Origin: an uncultured Eubacterium sp.
GTDB taxonomy: Bacteria > Bacillota > Clostridia > Lachnospirales > Lachnospiraceae
Assembly (NCBI GenBank): GCA_945920185.1
Contig: CAMEJP010000001.1
Coordinates: forward strand, 45,320 to 109,319
Length of the DNA stretch: 64,000 nt
Reading direction: 5' to 3'
Shown here in pieces: positions 27,673-37,661 of this stretch. Within the stretch, counting starts at the first letter, position 1; each line of letters opens with the position of its first letter. The notes under the pieces are model-generated. The model saw only the letters and a list, made by a program, of their open reading frames with translations. It made no database searches and was not told the origin of the DNA. The position numbers and the translations under genes are program-made.

Positions 27673-29454
27673 TATATCCATTATCTTTTCGTTTGAATAC
27701 TTTGAGTACACTATCTCACGACATTTTACGGGATTGTCGGTTATTATGTTGTCGACCCCCATTTTTGCCATTTCCTCCATATCTGCCGAACCGTTCACCG
27801 TCCATACATGTATGCTCTTACCGTTGTTGTGTATAAGGTCCACTATCTTTCTTGTCACAAATGAATAGTTGACGCTGAAAAAGTCGGCATACTCCATATT
27901 GTAAAACTTTCCGTAGGCAGCAGACATAATGTATCCCGTCTTTATTTTAGGATTAATCCGTTTGACTTCCTTTAAGACATCATATTTCATCGAAGTAATT
28001 ACAACATCTCCAACCATGTCATATTTTTCTACCAGCTCTACAACTGCCTGTTCGAGATTTTTATCATATCCCGTAGGCTTTATTTCGATATTAAGCTTTA
28101 TTTTTCCTTTACAATGAACAAGTACTTCCTCAAGAGTAGGCACGGTTACATCCGAAAAGCTCTCATCAAACCAGCTTCCTGCATCAAGCGTTTTAACATA
28201 ATCATAATCGACAGTCCATATATCCTTATTGACGCCTGTGGTTCTGTTTAAGTTAGCGTCATGAAGCACTATAACCACGCCATCCCTTGTCTGTTTGACA
28301 TCAAGTTCTATATAATCAGCCATATCCCTTACGGCATATTCAAACGCCGTCATTGTATTTTCCGGAGCATAGCCTGAGCTTCCCCTGTGTGCCGTTATCT
28401 TTGGCGTTTTTACAATTCCAAGCTTTGAAAAAGGGTTACCCATAACTGCATTTTTTACATAATAGGCATTCACTGCAATGGTAACAACGGTAAGTATCCA
28501 TGACAGTACAAAATATATTTTTTCATGCTTTGGCTTTGCATGTCGCACCGTTCTCAAAAACTTTTCCTTACTGTCATCATTCATATAAACTGTGTACATG
28601 GTTATAATAGCAAGAAACGTAAGCGGAATATAAAGAACCAGTATCATTATAAAAACACTGCTGCTAAGGCCTCTTAGTGCCGTCAGATAAACCGCAACGC
28701 CGATGTTATTCTTTCCCAGAAGCTTTACTCCTCCGATAACGATAACTGAATAGAGAAGATAAATCAGTGCTATAACCAGTGCTACAATGGCATTCCATAT
28801 AAGAATATAGAGTATTGTTTTTATAAAATGGCTTTTTACAAGCATAACGCTTTTCTTTACGGCTTTTACAAATCCACATTTTTCCGTAATAATAATATTT
28901 GCCGTAAATATTCCAAAAACTGCTATTATCAGCATTAGCGCATATACTACACCGATAATTATGCTCTCTTTCCTATTAATGTTTATCATCGACTTAGGAA
29001 CAGATGGTGAAAATATAAGCATGGCGGTACCTGTTACCGACAGAACGGGAAGCACAAGTATTCCATACAATAGTCCCGCTATATTTTTCTTTTTAAAAAA
29101 ACTCAAAAATCTCACAGTGACAAGTCTTGTTACTCCGTAATCATTTCTGGCTCCGCGTTTAACGTCATAGTCATAATACACCGTAATCATGCTTATCTCA
29201 TACATGGTGTACACAGATATAAGCAACAGCAACAAGACTATACACAAAACCGTAAAAGGATTTCCAAAATACCTCTTTGCCACTTCATTTGTAAGGTAAG
29301 GTACTTTTGCCACCTTAAGGGTAAGGTGCAATATCAGCAGAACAAAAGGATACCCTATCGCTGCCGTCATAAGCTTGAAGAACACTTCTTGTCTTATAAA
29401 GCTTTTTCCGCAATATTTAAATGTCTTAATATTCTCAACAATCAGTTTCTTCAT
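27652..29454 (-). CDS. Membrane-bound glycerophosphodiester phosphodiesterase (polytopic N-terminal domain plus GDPD domain)
   Basis: About 330 aa of multi-TM sequence is followed by ITAHRGSSGYAPENTMTAFEYAV...ELDVKQTRDGVVIVLHDANLNRTT, which is the GDPD catalytic motif. Confidence 0.85.
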   Translation of the reverse strand: MKKLIVENIKTFKYCGKSFIRQEVFFKLMTAAIGYPFVLLILHLTLKVAKVPYLTNEVAKRYFGNPFTVLCIVLLLLLISVYTMYEISMITVYYDYDVKRGARNDYGVTRLVTVRFLSFFKKKNIAGLLYGILVLPVLSVTGTAMLIFSPSVPKSMININRKESIIIGVVYALMLIIAVFGIFTANIIITEKCGFVKAVKKSVMLVKSHFIKTILYILIWNAIVALVIALIYLLYSVIVIGGVKLLGKNNIGVAVYLTALRGLSSSVFIMILVLYIPLTFLAIITMYTVYMNDDSKEKFLRTVRHAKPKHEKIYFVLSWILTVVTIAVNAYYVKNAVMGNPFSKLGIVKTPKITAHRGSSGYAPENTMTAFEYAVRDMADYIELDVKQTRDGVVIVLHDANLNRTTGVNKDIWTVDYDYVKTLDAGSWFDESFSDVTVPTLEEVLVHCKGKIKLNIEIKPTGYDKNLEQAVVELVEKYDMVGDVVITSMKYDVLKEVKRINPKIKTGYIMSAAYGKFYNMEYADFFSVNYSFVTRKIVDLIHNNGKSIHVWTVNGSADMEEMAKMGVDNIITDNPVKCREIVYSKYSNEKIMDILKYVFE

Positions 29455-29510
29455 AGCCAGATACCCATTAACCTAAACAGAGTGCCATCAGGCACTCCGG
29501 TGTGTAATCA

Positions 29511-30086
29511 TTAATTTTCTTTGTATGTAGGTTCTTCTTCATCCTCTGCAATATGTTCCTTGCCTGTCAGGGCTTTGTAAAAATGGTATCCGAAATCTAT
29601 CACATACTCCCAAAACAAAACTGTTGCAAATACAACCGCAATTCTATTCGGAATTGTCGAAACCATTCTCACCAGCACGTCATTAAAAAAGCCTACAATG
29701 AATATGCTGAGACACCCCCAGCCAAGCGTACTTTCAAGACATATAATACCTTTATAGTTATATTTTAAGTGGCTGTAATCCCACCATATCTCACCAAACA
29801 GCTTCATCATTATCTTCGCCGTGATAAACTCTAACGCCGTAGCCGCTATGGCACCCCATATATAAAGTGCTATAAGATTTTTGCTTATAGGCTGGAACAT
29901 CATAATGGCAAGCGTACATCCAAGTCCGTATATCATACAAAACGGTGCTTTTACAAAGCCTCTGTTTTCCCAATAGCCAAGCTGTTTCCTGATAACTATA
30001 CATTCCATACACCAGCCGAGAAAACTATATACAAAAAACCATAATATATAGTGGCTGAAATCAAGTCCCAAGAATCGAAAGTACAT
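29511..30086 (-). CDS. Small polytopic membrane protein (resembles the family annotated as putative ABC-transporter type IV, PF06541)
   Basis: It is 191 aa with ~5 TM helices. The N-terminal FVYSFLGWCMECIV motif matches that family as I remember it. This is a weak functional call. Confidence 0.5.
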   Translation of the reverse strand: MYFRFLGLDFSHYILWFFVYSFLGWCMECIVIRKQLGYWENRGFVKAPFCMIYGLGCTLAIMMFQPISKNLIALYIWGAIAATALEFITAKIMMKLFGEIWWDYSHLKYNYKGIICLESTLGWGCLSIFIVGFFNDVLVRMVSTIPNRIAVVFATVLFWEYVIDFGYHFYKALTGKEHIAEDEEEPTYKEN

Positions 30087-30128
30087 ATAATCACTCCTAA
30101 GTATTCTTGTGGCATTATATCTGCCATT

Positions 30129-30902
30129 TTACAAAAGTATCCTTCTGATGGTGCTTTCAACATCATCACACACATATTTACTGTTAGCTTTGACAATCTC
30201 CTTTGCCGTACTCATTGCATAACTGTGTCCCACGGATTCAAACATTGTCAAATCATTATAGCTGTCGCCAAAAGCCATACATTCCTCAGTTGTAATGCCA
30301 AGCCTTTCCTTCAGCTTTTCTATTCCTACAGCCTTACTTACCTGTGGCGCGTTAAACTCTATCCACTTGTTGGCTGCATACGTCACTTCAAATTTTCCGG
30401 CATATTTATCCAAGAAATAATTTTCGATATTTTCGACACCTTCTTCATTGTACACAGCTATCTTAAGATAGTCCTCTCTTATATCGGAAAGCTGCGATAT
30501 AATGACATCTCCTCCGTAGAGTATATCCTTAACCATGCTTCTGAAAGTATCGGTTTTAGGCTTTGTGTATGCCTTATCGGAAGCATATATAAGAAACTCA
30601 CAGTCACGATAGCCATATATATCTCTTATAAGCTCGTTGGCAGGTTCCTTCTCTATGGTATTGATATCTATGATTTCAGAGCCTATAAGAGTTATTGCTC
30701 CGTCGCTGCATACAAAACCCATTTTATCTGCCACAGGTGCAAAAAGATGCTTAAGTTCACAAAGAGGTCTTCCGCTGGCAGCCACGAAAAGTATTCCCTT
30801 TTCGTACAATTTACCTATCATATCAAAAATTGTCTTATTTAATTCTAACTCCGTATACTTCAATACAGTGCCGTCCACGTCGCTAGCAATTAACTTTATC
30901 AT
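30129..30902 (-). CDS. HAD-IIB (Cof-type) phosphatase
   Basis: It has motif I SDVDGTVL and motif IV GDSYNDLTMF, and is 257 aa. Confidence 0.85.
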   Translation of the reverse strand: MIKLIASDVDGTVLKYTELELNKTIFDMIGKLYEKGILFVAASGRPLCELKHLFAPVADKMGFVCSDGAITLIGSEIIDINTIEKEPANELIRDIYGYRDCEFLIYASDKAYTKPKTDTFRSMVKDILYGGDVIISQLSDIREDYLKIAVYNEEGVENIENYFLDKYAGKFEVTYAANKWIEFNAPQVSKAVGIEKLKERLGITTEECMAFGDSYNDLTMFESVGHSYAMSTAKEIVKANSKYVCDDVESTIRRILL

Positions 30903-30919
30903 AATACACCTTCATTCAA

Positions 30920-32122
30920 TTATTTTGCCAGATTTTCTGCTATGGCTTTTATGAAATCGCGGCTGTTAAGCACCGTAGGATTAGGAATTGTCGTAATCAG
31001 TGCCAAATCCTTTGTCATCTTGCCGCTCTCGATAGTATCTATGCATGCCTTTTCAAGTTTATCCGCAAACGCCATAAGCTCACTGTTTCCGTCAAGCTCT
31101 CCTCTCTTTCTGAGTGCTCCTGACCATGCAAATATGGTAGCTACCGAATTAGTTGATGTCTCAAGACCTTTAAGATGATTATAGTAATGTCTTTGAACTG
31201 TTCCGTGAGCAGCCTCATACTCATAATATCCGTCAGGTGATACAAGGACTGATGTCATCATGGCAAGTGAACCAAATGCCGTTGCCACCATATCACTCAT
31301 AACATCACCGTCATAATTCTTACAAGCCCAAATGTATCCGCCTTCCGAACGCATAACTCTCGCTACGGCATCGTCAATAAGTGTATAGAAATATTCTATA
31401 CCGGCAGCCTCAAATTTATCCTTATATTCTTTTTCAAATATTTCAGCAAATATATCCTTGAAAGTATGGTCGTATTTTTTTGAAATAGTGTCCTTTGTGG
31501 CAAACCACAAATCCTGCTTAATATCAAGTGCATAATTAAAACAGCTTCTTGCAAAGCTCTCTATTGAGCTGTTCAGATTGTGCATACCCTGAACAATACC
31601 TGCACCCTTAAAGTTATGAATAAGCTCTCTTGTCTCGCTTCCATCCTCGGCAGTGTATACTATCTCTGCTTTTCCCGCACCCGGTATCTTCATCTCCGAA
31701 CCCTTGTATACATCACCATAGGCATGTCTTGCTATTACAATAGGCTTTTTCCAGTTCTTTACCAATGGCTCTATACCCTTTACGATAATAGGGGCTCTGA
31801 AAACAGTACCATCAAGAATAGCTCTTATGGTACCGTTAGGGCTCTTCCACATTTCCTTAAGATTGTACTCGGTCATTCTGGCAGCATTAGGAGTTATCGT
31901 GGCACACTTAACTGCTACGCCATATTTCTTTGTGGCATTTGCAGAATCTATTGTTACCTGGTCATTAGTGGCATTTCTGTTTTCAAGTCCTAAGTCATAA
32001 TATTCAGAATTAAGGTCAACAAATGGCAATATAAGATCTTCTTTAATGTACTGCCACAGTATCCTTGTCATCTCGTCTCCGTCCATCTCGACAATAGGTG
32101 TAGTCATTTTAATCTTTTCCAT
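30920..32122 (-). CDS. icd: NADP-dependent isocitrate dehydrogenase (eukaryote-like subfamily II)
   Basis: The N-terminus reads [29 protein letters not shown]...KCATITPN. It is 400 aa with a GGAGG RBS. Confidence 0.9.
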   Translation of the reverse strand: MEKIKMTTPIVEMDGDEMTRILWQYIKEDLILPFVDLNSEYYDLGLENRNATNDQVTIDSANATKKYGVAVKCATITPNAARMTEYNLKEMWKSPNGTIRAILDGTVFRAPIIVKGIEPLVKNWKKPIVIARHAYGDVYKGSEMKIPGAGKAEIVYTAEDGSETRELIHNFKGAGIVQGMHNLNSSIESFARSCFNYALDIKQDLWFATKDTISKKYDHTFKDIFAEIFEKEYKDKFEAAGIEYFYTLIDDAVARVMRSEGGYIWACKNYDGDVMSDMVATAFGSLAMMTSVLVSPDGYYEYEAAHGTVQRHYYNHLKGLETSTNSVATIFAWSGALRKRGELDGNSELMAFADKLEKACIDTIESGKMTKDLALITTIPNPTVLNSRDFIKAIAENLAK

Positions 32123-32179
32123 AATAGTTCCTCCTTCATTTCAGAACGGCCAATCGCTCTTTAAAAAATCTACACCTAA

Positions 32180-34702
32180 TTATACGTTACTTTTGTGTTT
32201 TTGTAAATAATATAATTGTATAATAAAAAGCATAACTATTCCTGCAAGAGTAAGCATTTTGCCCAAAGCCGCCAAAGGTGCGCGGTATACAATTTTAATA
32301 TGATGCTCTCCGGCATCAATAGGGAATCCTATAAATGTAGTATCTACATTTTCAACCTCTGTTTCTTTGCCGTCCACATATGCCCTAAAACCTTTATCAT
32401 AAGGTACCGTCATCATAAAATATCCGTCGTTTCTGACATTTATGTTTCCTTCGTACACATTATTCTTCTTGGTATCGTCAAGATTCAGAGTGTCTATATT
32501 TTTTCTGAATTTATAGAGCTGAATACTTGGAATATAATTGATATCAAAGCTTTCTATAACATACTTGCCTGCACTAAACATAAACTTCAGCACCCTTTGC
32601 TCACTGTCAGAGGATATTACATAGCCAAAGTTCAGATTATTGTTAGGGTATGGTGATTTCTTACTGCTAAGGACATTTTTTATGCCGTTTATGCTTATCG
32701 TAACGGGAGTATCCTTCGGCACCTCAGACAGCTTAATATTTGCCAGAACCACATTTTCATATATATCAAAATCAATAGGTATGTCTATCATCAAATCAGC
32801 AGCCAAGTCTACTATATAGCGTCCCTGTTCGTCTCTTTCAAACGGAAGCGACAGGCTGTACTCTTTAGCTCCCTGCACATAAGAGGTATCTCCCCCGTCT
32901 GTTATTATACAGTCAAGAAGCGCTAATTTCTTTTCATTTTCATTCAACGTCTCAAATGTTTCATAACTCATAATATTTGAATTTGCATATCCTATTGAGA
33001 AGACATTACTGTTACAGTATATGCTGTACTTTCCGCTGGAAGAAAGATATTTGTATCCGTAAGGCACTGCGTCATGGCTGTTGGTAATAATGTATTTTAC
33101 TCCCATAAGCGTTTCAAACAAAATGTTATTGCTGTTTTCACATGTAATGTTATTCTTCGAAGAATTTGCATTATTAAAGAGATTCATATGAAATTCCTTG
33201 TAGCTCTTTGAATATGACGAAGAATAAATTGAAGTCATAAAATATTTACTGTGATATATTTTGTTACAGGTAGTCTGTGTGGACAAATCCTGAAATCTGT
33301 GATATCCGCTGTCATTTTCAATAACATTGTACACAAGCTCCTGTTTGTCTTTGCTGTTTACCGCATTCAATTCATCGTAAGTCACAAAATTCTCACTCGC
33401 ATTGTTTGTAATGCATACAACAATCGCCATGCTTCCCATTATAGCACAGGCAATATATTTATTCTTAGTAAAATACATCAATGCAAGTCCGCTCACTATC
33501 AAAACCACGTCAAGAATATAATATTCTCTCATCTGGTTGCCTGAATAGTACAGAAGAACCGCCGAGAATACCACACCTATAAGAAAGAGAACCTTGTACT
33601 TTATCTCTTCTTCTATCACATCATGGAAAAATTTAGCCAAAATCCACATAATTACCGGAATAAACGGTATAAGAACCTTTGGCCGTATATAGAGAGTTCC
33701 GTTTAAAATGTAAAGTGAAATCGGGCAGTATATGATTATAATCAGAACAACCGCCATAAATATGTTGCCCTTTTTCCTTGTTGTAAGCATATGTATGATT
33801 GCAAGGATTGTCACAAATGTAAGTCCCATTCCATAGGAATCATACATCTGCTTTGCCATATCAAATTTCGGTATGATGAGCTCCTTAAGGTTCATACCTC
33901 CATTGCCCGTGTCAGCTTCCCCACGTCCGCTAAGAAGTGCATTTAACGTAGGGAGAATAAGTATACACGCCATAAGCACCGCACAGATAACGCAAAGTGA
34001 ATATTTAAAAATGGCTGTAGATACACTCTTAAGGTTCTTCGGCTCCCTACTTTCCATAAAACGATAAAGCCAGTATAAGGACACTGCACACAATCCGCTT
34101 ACGCTGTAAAAATAGCTCGTCATTATCATAAGAAACATTGAAAGTATCATCAGTAGCGGACTTTTCTTTGCTATATATCTGTCCACACCCCAAAGTGCCA
34201 GTATAAGAAAAGGAAAATAATTCACAAACATAATGTGTCTGTGACTATGAAATATAAGCGGTGCCGAACACAGGAAAATGACAGCCACCAAAAAGCATAC
34301 AAATCTGTTGTCTACGTTTCCCCTGAGCCACAAATATAACAGAATAACAGATGCAACTATGGATATTACGGACATTGCCATAATGTAATCCGTCATGGAT
34401 ACCCATGGGAACAGATATGACAGCATTATGACAGGACTCAAAAATCCGTAATACGAAAAATTGTAAATATTCTGTCCGGCGCCTATGTTTTTTGCAAATT
34501 CAGGGAAAAGCTCTCCTGTTTCATAAAACTGCATACGAAAATATTCAGCAAAGGTAAAATGCTGTTTAATCCAATCCACACGGCTTCCGAAAACTTCATA
34601 TTTTCCCCCGCACACATATATCATAATAAACGACACTGCTGCCAAAAGACACACATATATTATATCTTTCAGTTTATTCTCATCTAGGTTCTTTAATCTC
34701 AT
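32180..34702 (-). CDS. YfhO-family polytopic membrane protein (putative glycosyltransferase)
   Basis: It is 840 aa with ~13 TM helices plus a C-terminal extracytoplasmic domain and a terminal TM helix. The N-terminus GSRVDWIKQHFTFAEYFRMQFYETGELFPEF is typical of YfhO. Confidence 0.8.
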   Translation of the reverse strand: MRLKNLDENKLKDIIYVCLLAAVSFIMIYVCGGKYEVFGSRVDWIKQHFTFAEYFRMQFYETGELFPEFAKNIGAGQNIYNFSYYGFLSPVIMLSYLFPWVSMTDYIMAMSVISIVASVILLYLWLRGNVDNRFVCFLVAVIFLCSAPLIFHSHRHIMFVNYFPFLILALWGVDRYIAKKSPLLMILSMFLMIMTSYFYSVSGLCAVSLYWLYRFMESREPKNLKSVSTAIFKYSLCVICAVLMACILILPTLNALLSGRGEADTGNGGMNLKELIIPKFDMAKQMYDSYGMGLTFVTILAIIHMLTTRKKGNIFMAVVLIIIIYCPISLYILNGTLYIRPKVLIPFIPVIMWILAKFFHDVIEEEIKYKVLFLIGVVFSAVLLYYSGNQMREYYILDVVLIVSGLALMYFTKNKYIACAIMGSMAIVVCITNNASENFVTYDELNAVNSKDKQELVYNVIENDSGYHRFQDLSTQTTCNKIYHSKYFMTSIYSSSYSKSYKEFHMNLFNNANSSKNNITCENSNNILFETLMGVKYIITNSHDAVPYGYKYLSSSGKYSIYCNSNVFSIGYANSNIMSYETFETLNENEKKLALLDCIITDGGDTSYVQGAKEYSLSLPFERDEQGRYIVDLAADLMIDIPIDFDIYENVVLANIKLSEVPKDTPVTISINGIKNVLSSKKSPYPNNNLNFGYVISSDSEQRVLKFMFSAGKYVIESFDINYIPSIQLYKFRKNIDTLNLDDTKKNNVYEGNINVRNDGYFMMTVPYDKGFRAYVDGKETEVENVDTTFIGFPIDAGEHHIKIVYRAPLAALGKMLTLAGIVMLFIIQLYYLQKHKSNV

Positions 34703-34822
34703 TTTTTCTTTCCTTTATTCGTAATTATCAGTTATTATCATTGACATATCTTAAATAATATAATAAACTTATCCCAGCTGGAAAACTTTCCGGCAAATAC
34801 TTTTTTACAGAAAGGCATTATT

Positions 34823-35524
34823 ATGAAAAAAGCAGGAAAATATCTTATCCTTCCTTTAATGCTCCTATTTACCTTTACTGCTTCCTTCGGACTGTACTTT
34901 CTTAATATCTACAAAGAACATACAGCAGTTATAACCGGTGACAAGCTTGATAAACTGCCTCTCGACCACATAAATAAGCTTATGATAGTAGCTCATCCCG
35001 ATGATGAAACCATCTGGGGCGGCGCACATCTTCTTGAAGGCGGATACCTGGTTGTATGCCTTACAAACGGAGACAACCGGGTAAGAAGAGAAGAATTTGC
35101 CGGCGTAATGGAGGCTTCCGGCAATGTCGGTTTAATCCTCACATATCCTGATAAGCTCTTTGGAAAAAGAAATGACTGGCGTTTCTTCAAAAACTCTATT
35201 TCAAAAAATCTCTCCGTAATCCTTTCCTACAAGGATTGGGATGAAGTTGTAACGCATAATACCGATGGCGAATACGGTCATATTCACCATATACTGACAA
35301 ACAATCTTGTTACCAATGCCGCAGGTTCATATATTAAGAACCACAAACTGTATTACTTCGGAAAATACTACAAACGCGGCACCGAAGTACCTGTAATCAA
35401 TCCTATAAGCGATGATGTTATGGCCAAGAAACAAGCTTTGCTGGACATATATTCATCACAAGGCTTTATAGATGATTACTTTGGTCATATGTACAGATAC
35501 GAGAATTTTATCACAGCCGGATAA
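34823..35524 (+). CDS. PIG-L/LmbE-family deacetylase, membrane-anchored
   Basis: It has an N-terminal TM helix, the AHPDDETIWGG motif, and a downstream HHILT histidine pair. Confidence 0.8.
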   Translation: MKKAGKYLILPLMLLFTFTASFGLYFLNIYKEHTAVITGDKLDKLPLDHINKLMIVAHPDDETIWGGAHLLEGGYLVVCLTNGDNRVRREEFAGVMEASGNVGLILTYPDKLFGKRNDWRFFKNSISKNLSVILSYKDWDEVVTHNTDGEYGHIHHILTNNLVTNAAGSYIKNHKLYYFGKYYKRGTEVPVINPISDDVMAKKQALLDIYSSQGFIDDYFGHMYRYENFITAG

Positions 35525-35585
35525 CTGTATCACTATAACTAATACAGTTATAACACTAATGTATGTAAATGTCAATACAACATTT

Positions 35586-35634
35586 AAAAAGCCACCTGGG
35601 AATATCTCTCAAGTGGCTCTTTTACACTTAAACT
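35586..35634. terminator. Bidirectional terminator between convergent genes
   Basis: The sequence is AAAAAGCCAC..(imperfect stem)..GUGGCUCUUUU, with A- and T-runs on either side. It lies between the PIG-L gene (+) and the surface protein gene (-). Confidence 0.6.
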
Positions 35635-35640
35635 TCAATA

Positions 35641-37569
35641 CTATTTTCTTTTAATAACAATGTACAAACCTGACATTGAACCAAGTACCAATAATGCATA
35701 CGGAAGTACTGAATCTGCATCACCTGTATTTGGAACTTCGTCTTCATCAGCTGCTACTGCCGGTTTCTTACCGTTTGAAGCAGTTGTTCCATTATCATCT
35801 GATACCCCTCCTGCAATACCATTTTGAGCATCCTTTTTGGTATCATTGTTTTCAGGGTCAGAATTGTTATCTGACGTGGCATCGGCATCCGTCTTAGAGT
35901 TGTCTGTTACATCATTTGATTTTTTCGTTGTAATCTCCTCAGATGTTCCATCAACCAGTCCTGTATTAGTTTTTTGTTCAGAAGTTGTATTATCAGCCAC
36001 ATTTGTTGTTGCAGATGATTTTGTAGTAGTCTCTGAAGCCTTTGTTGTTGCATGATCTGTTGGTCTGAAAATAGTTGTCGGCTCTATCTCCGGTTTCTTT
36101 GTAGGTAACAATGTAGCCTTGGTTGTCGGTTGCGTTACCTGCTTGGTTGTCGTCTCAGGTGACTTTGTTGTCACCTGCGCTTTGGTCGTTGACTGTGTTG
36201 CCTTTGTTGTATCGGCTGCCTTTGTCGTTGACTGTGTTGCCTTTGTTGTATCGGCTGCCTTTGTCGTTGACTGCGTTGCCTTTGTTGTATCGGCTGCCTT
36301 TGTCGTTGACTGCGTTGCCTTTGTTGTATCGGCTGCCTTTGTCGTTGACTGCGTTGCTTTCGTTGTAATGTCTGTACTCTCTTCTATAGCCTTTGTTGCT
36401 GTTGTTCCTTCTTCTTTGCCAGGGTCTGTCGTTTCCTTTTCATATGTAGCTTCAGTACTTGGAGTAATCACTGTTGAAGATACTGTTGTATCATCCACAA
36501 CTACCTCCTGCTTAATGCTTCCGTTGCCCTTTACTATATCTCGTCTGTGTGACTGACCTCCTGTATGGACTATGTTCTTTGCCACAGCCGTACCGTTTAT
36601 GGCACCCACCGTCAAATCAGCACTTGGAGCCAATATTGATGTAAATATAACGCCTCTTGAAAAATCAATTGTTCCTGTATAATTTCTGTCAGTCTTACTT
36701 GAATCATAGAAGTTAAATGCCACTCTGACTTCTCCGAAATTATCCGGACCTATTTCCGAATTTGACGCTTCTGTTCCATCAGTAAACCGCGCCTTAATCT
36801 GTGTTGTATTAACCGTAAACGACTCTGTACCTGCCAAATCAACATTGATAACAACAATACCGTTGCCTTCCTTTGTAAGACCTGTAAATGCAAGCGGTCT
36901 GTCCTGGCTTAATATATCCTTATCAAGATTTACAAACTTAATTCCTTCAGACATATCAATCTGCGAGAAATCAATATATCTGTTATTTTCATCGGCAAGT
37001 TCCGGCACTATCTCGCCTGTAGGTTCACATTTTGACCATACGTTTGAAAGATTTCTGAGTTTAATAAATTCCTTGTCAAGGTCAAGCACGCTACTGTCAG
37101 CAGGCTCAATAAGAATATTCTTATATGCGATATGATTAAACGTAAAGCTGTCTTTTCCGTCAGTTACCACTGTCTGACCTGAATTTTCAGGTGAAGTTAT
37201 GCTATACTGATTTCCCAAAACCAGCGTACCGGCTTCCGTATTAGGATTAATGCTTAATAAGGTTCTTATATATGTTATTTCGGTGGTGATGTTATTCTCA
37301 TAGTACTGCGGCCTTGACCCAAAATCAGGACTGCCTGAATATACCTTACATGCTACATTGCCATGCGTATGTGCAGATGAATCAATGCTTTCCTGTGCAA
37401 AAAGATGAAAATGTGTAGCTGCCAGTAACGGATCAGACTCGTCATAAACATACTTGTATACAACCTTCTGGTTTGCAGCCGCTTTATTGCCGAAGCAGAC
37501 AAAGCACAGACCAACAACAAGTGATGTTGCCAATACCACTGACATTACTTTCATAAATTTGTTTTTCAT
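35641..37569 (-). CDS. Sortase-anchored cell-surface protein with Thr/Lys-rich tandem repeats. The N-terminal domain is possibly choice-of-anchor-A-like.
   Basis: It has a signal peptide (MKNKFMKVMSVVLATSLVVGLCFVCFG). The C-terminal sorting signal is VPNTG followed by a hydrophobic stretch (SVLPYALLVLGSMSGLYIV) and IKRK. The N-terminal FHLFAQESIDSSAHTHGNVACKV resembles the choice-of-anchor A pattern, a low-confidence call. The start is at 37569 by RBS spacing (GGAAGG). Confidence 0.75.
   Translation of the reverse strand: MKNKFMKVMSVVLATSLVVGLCFVCFGNKAAANQKVVYKYVYDESDPLLAATHFHLFAQESIDSSAHTHGNVACKVYSGSPDFGSRPQYYENNITTEITYIRTLLSINPNTEAGTLVLGNQYSITSPENSGQTVVTDGKDSFTFNHIAYKNILIEPADSSVLDLDKEFIKLRNLSNVWSKCEPTGEIVPELADENNRYIDFSQIDMSEGIKFVNLDKDILSQDRPLAFTGLTKEGNGIVVINVDLAGTESFTVNTTQIKARFTDGTEASNSEIGPDNFGEVRVAFNFYDSSKTDRNYTGTIDFSRGVIFTSILAPSADLTVGAINGTAVAKNIVHTGGQSHRRDIVKGNGSIKQEVVVDDTTVSSTVITPSTEATYEKETTDPGKEEGTTATKAIEESTDITTKATQSTTKAADTTKATQSTTKAADTTKATQSTTKAADTTKATQSTTKAADTTKATQSTTKAQVTTKSPETTTKQVTQPTTKATLLPTKKPEIEPTTIFRPTDHATTKASETTTKSSATTNVADNTTSEQKTNTGLVDGTSEEITTKKSNDVTDNSKTDADATSDNNSDPENNDTKKDAQNGIAGGVSDDNGTTASNGKKPAVAADEDEVPNTGDADSVLPYALLVLGSMSGLYIVIKRK
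36169..36363 (-). repeat. In-frame 39-nt tandem repeat, 5 copies (4 near-identical plus 1 diverged), encoding TKATQSTTKAADT
   Basis: The unit tttgtcgttgactg(t/c)gttgcctttgttgtatcggctgcc can be read directly. The copies differ only at a synonymous t/c position. The protein reads (TKATQSTTKAADT)x4 then TKATQSTTKAQVT. Confidence 0.95.
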
Positions 37570-37661
37570 AATAAACATCCTTCCACTTGATATACTTATC
37601 TATTATATATGTGTAAATCATAGCACCACTTTTTCACAAAAACAACCCCTTATGGCAAAAA

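Noticed and set aside
36169-36363. A regular 39-nt repeat array, considered as a possible CRISPR or other non-coding array.
   Set aside because: The repeats are directly tandem with no unique spacers. They are in frame within a long ORF and encode a 13-aa peptide repeat. No cas genes are present in the window.
36119-36556. 145-aa and 81-aa plus-strand ORFs with striking internal repeats (..AFVVSAAFVVDCV..).
   Set aside because: They are the antisense reading of the 39-nt tandem repeat inside the minus-strand surface protein gene. They have no RBS, and the minus-strand frame has a signal peptide and a sorting signal.
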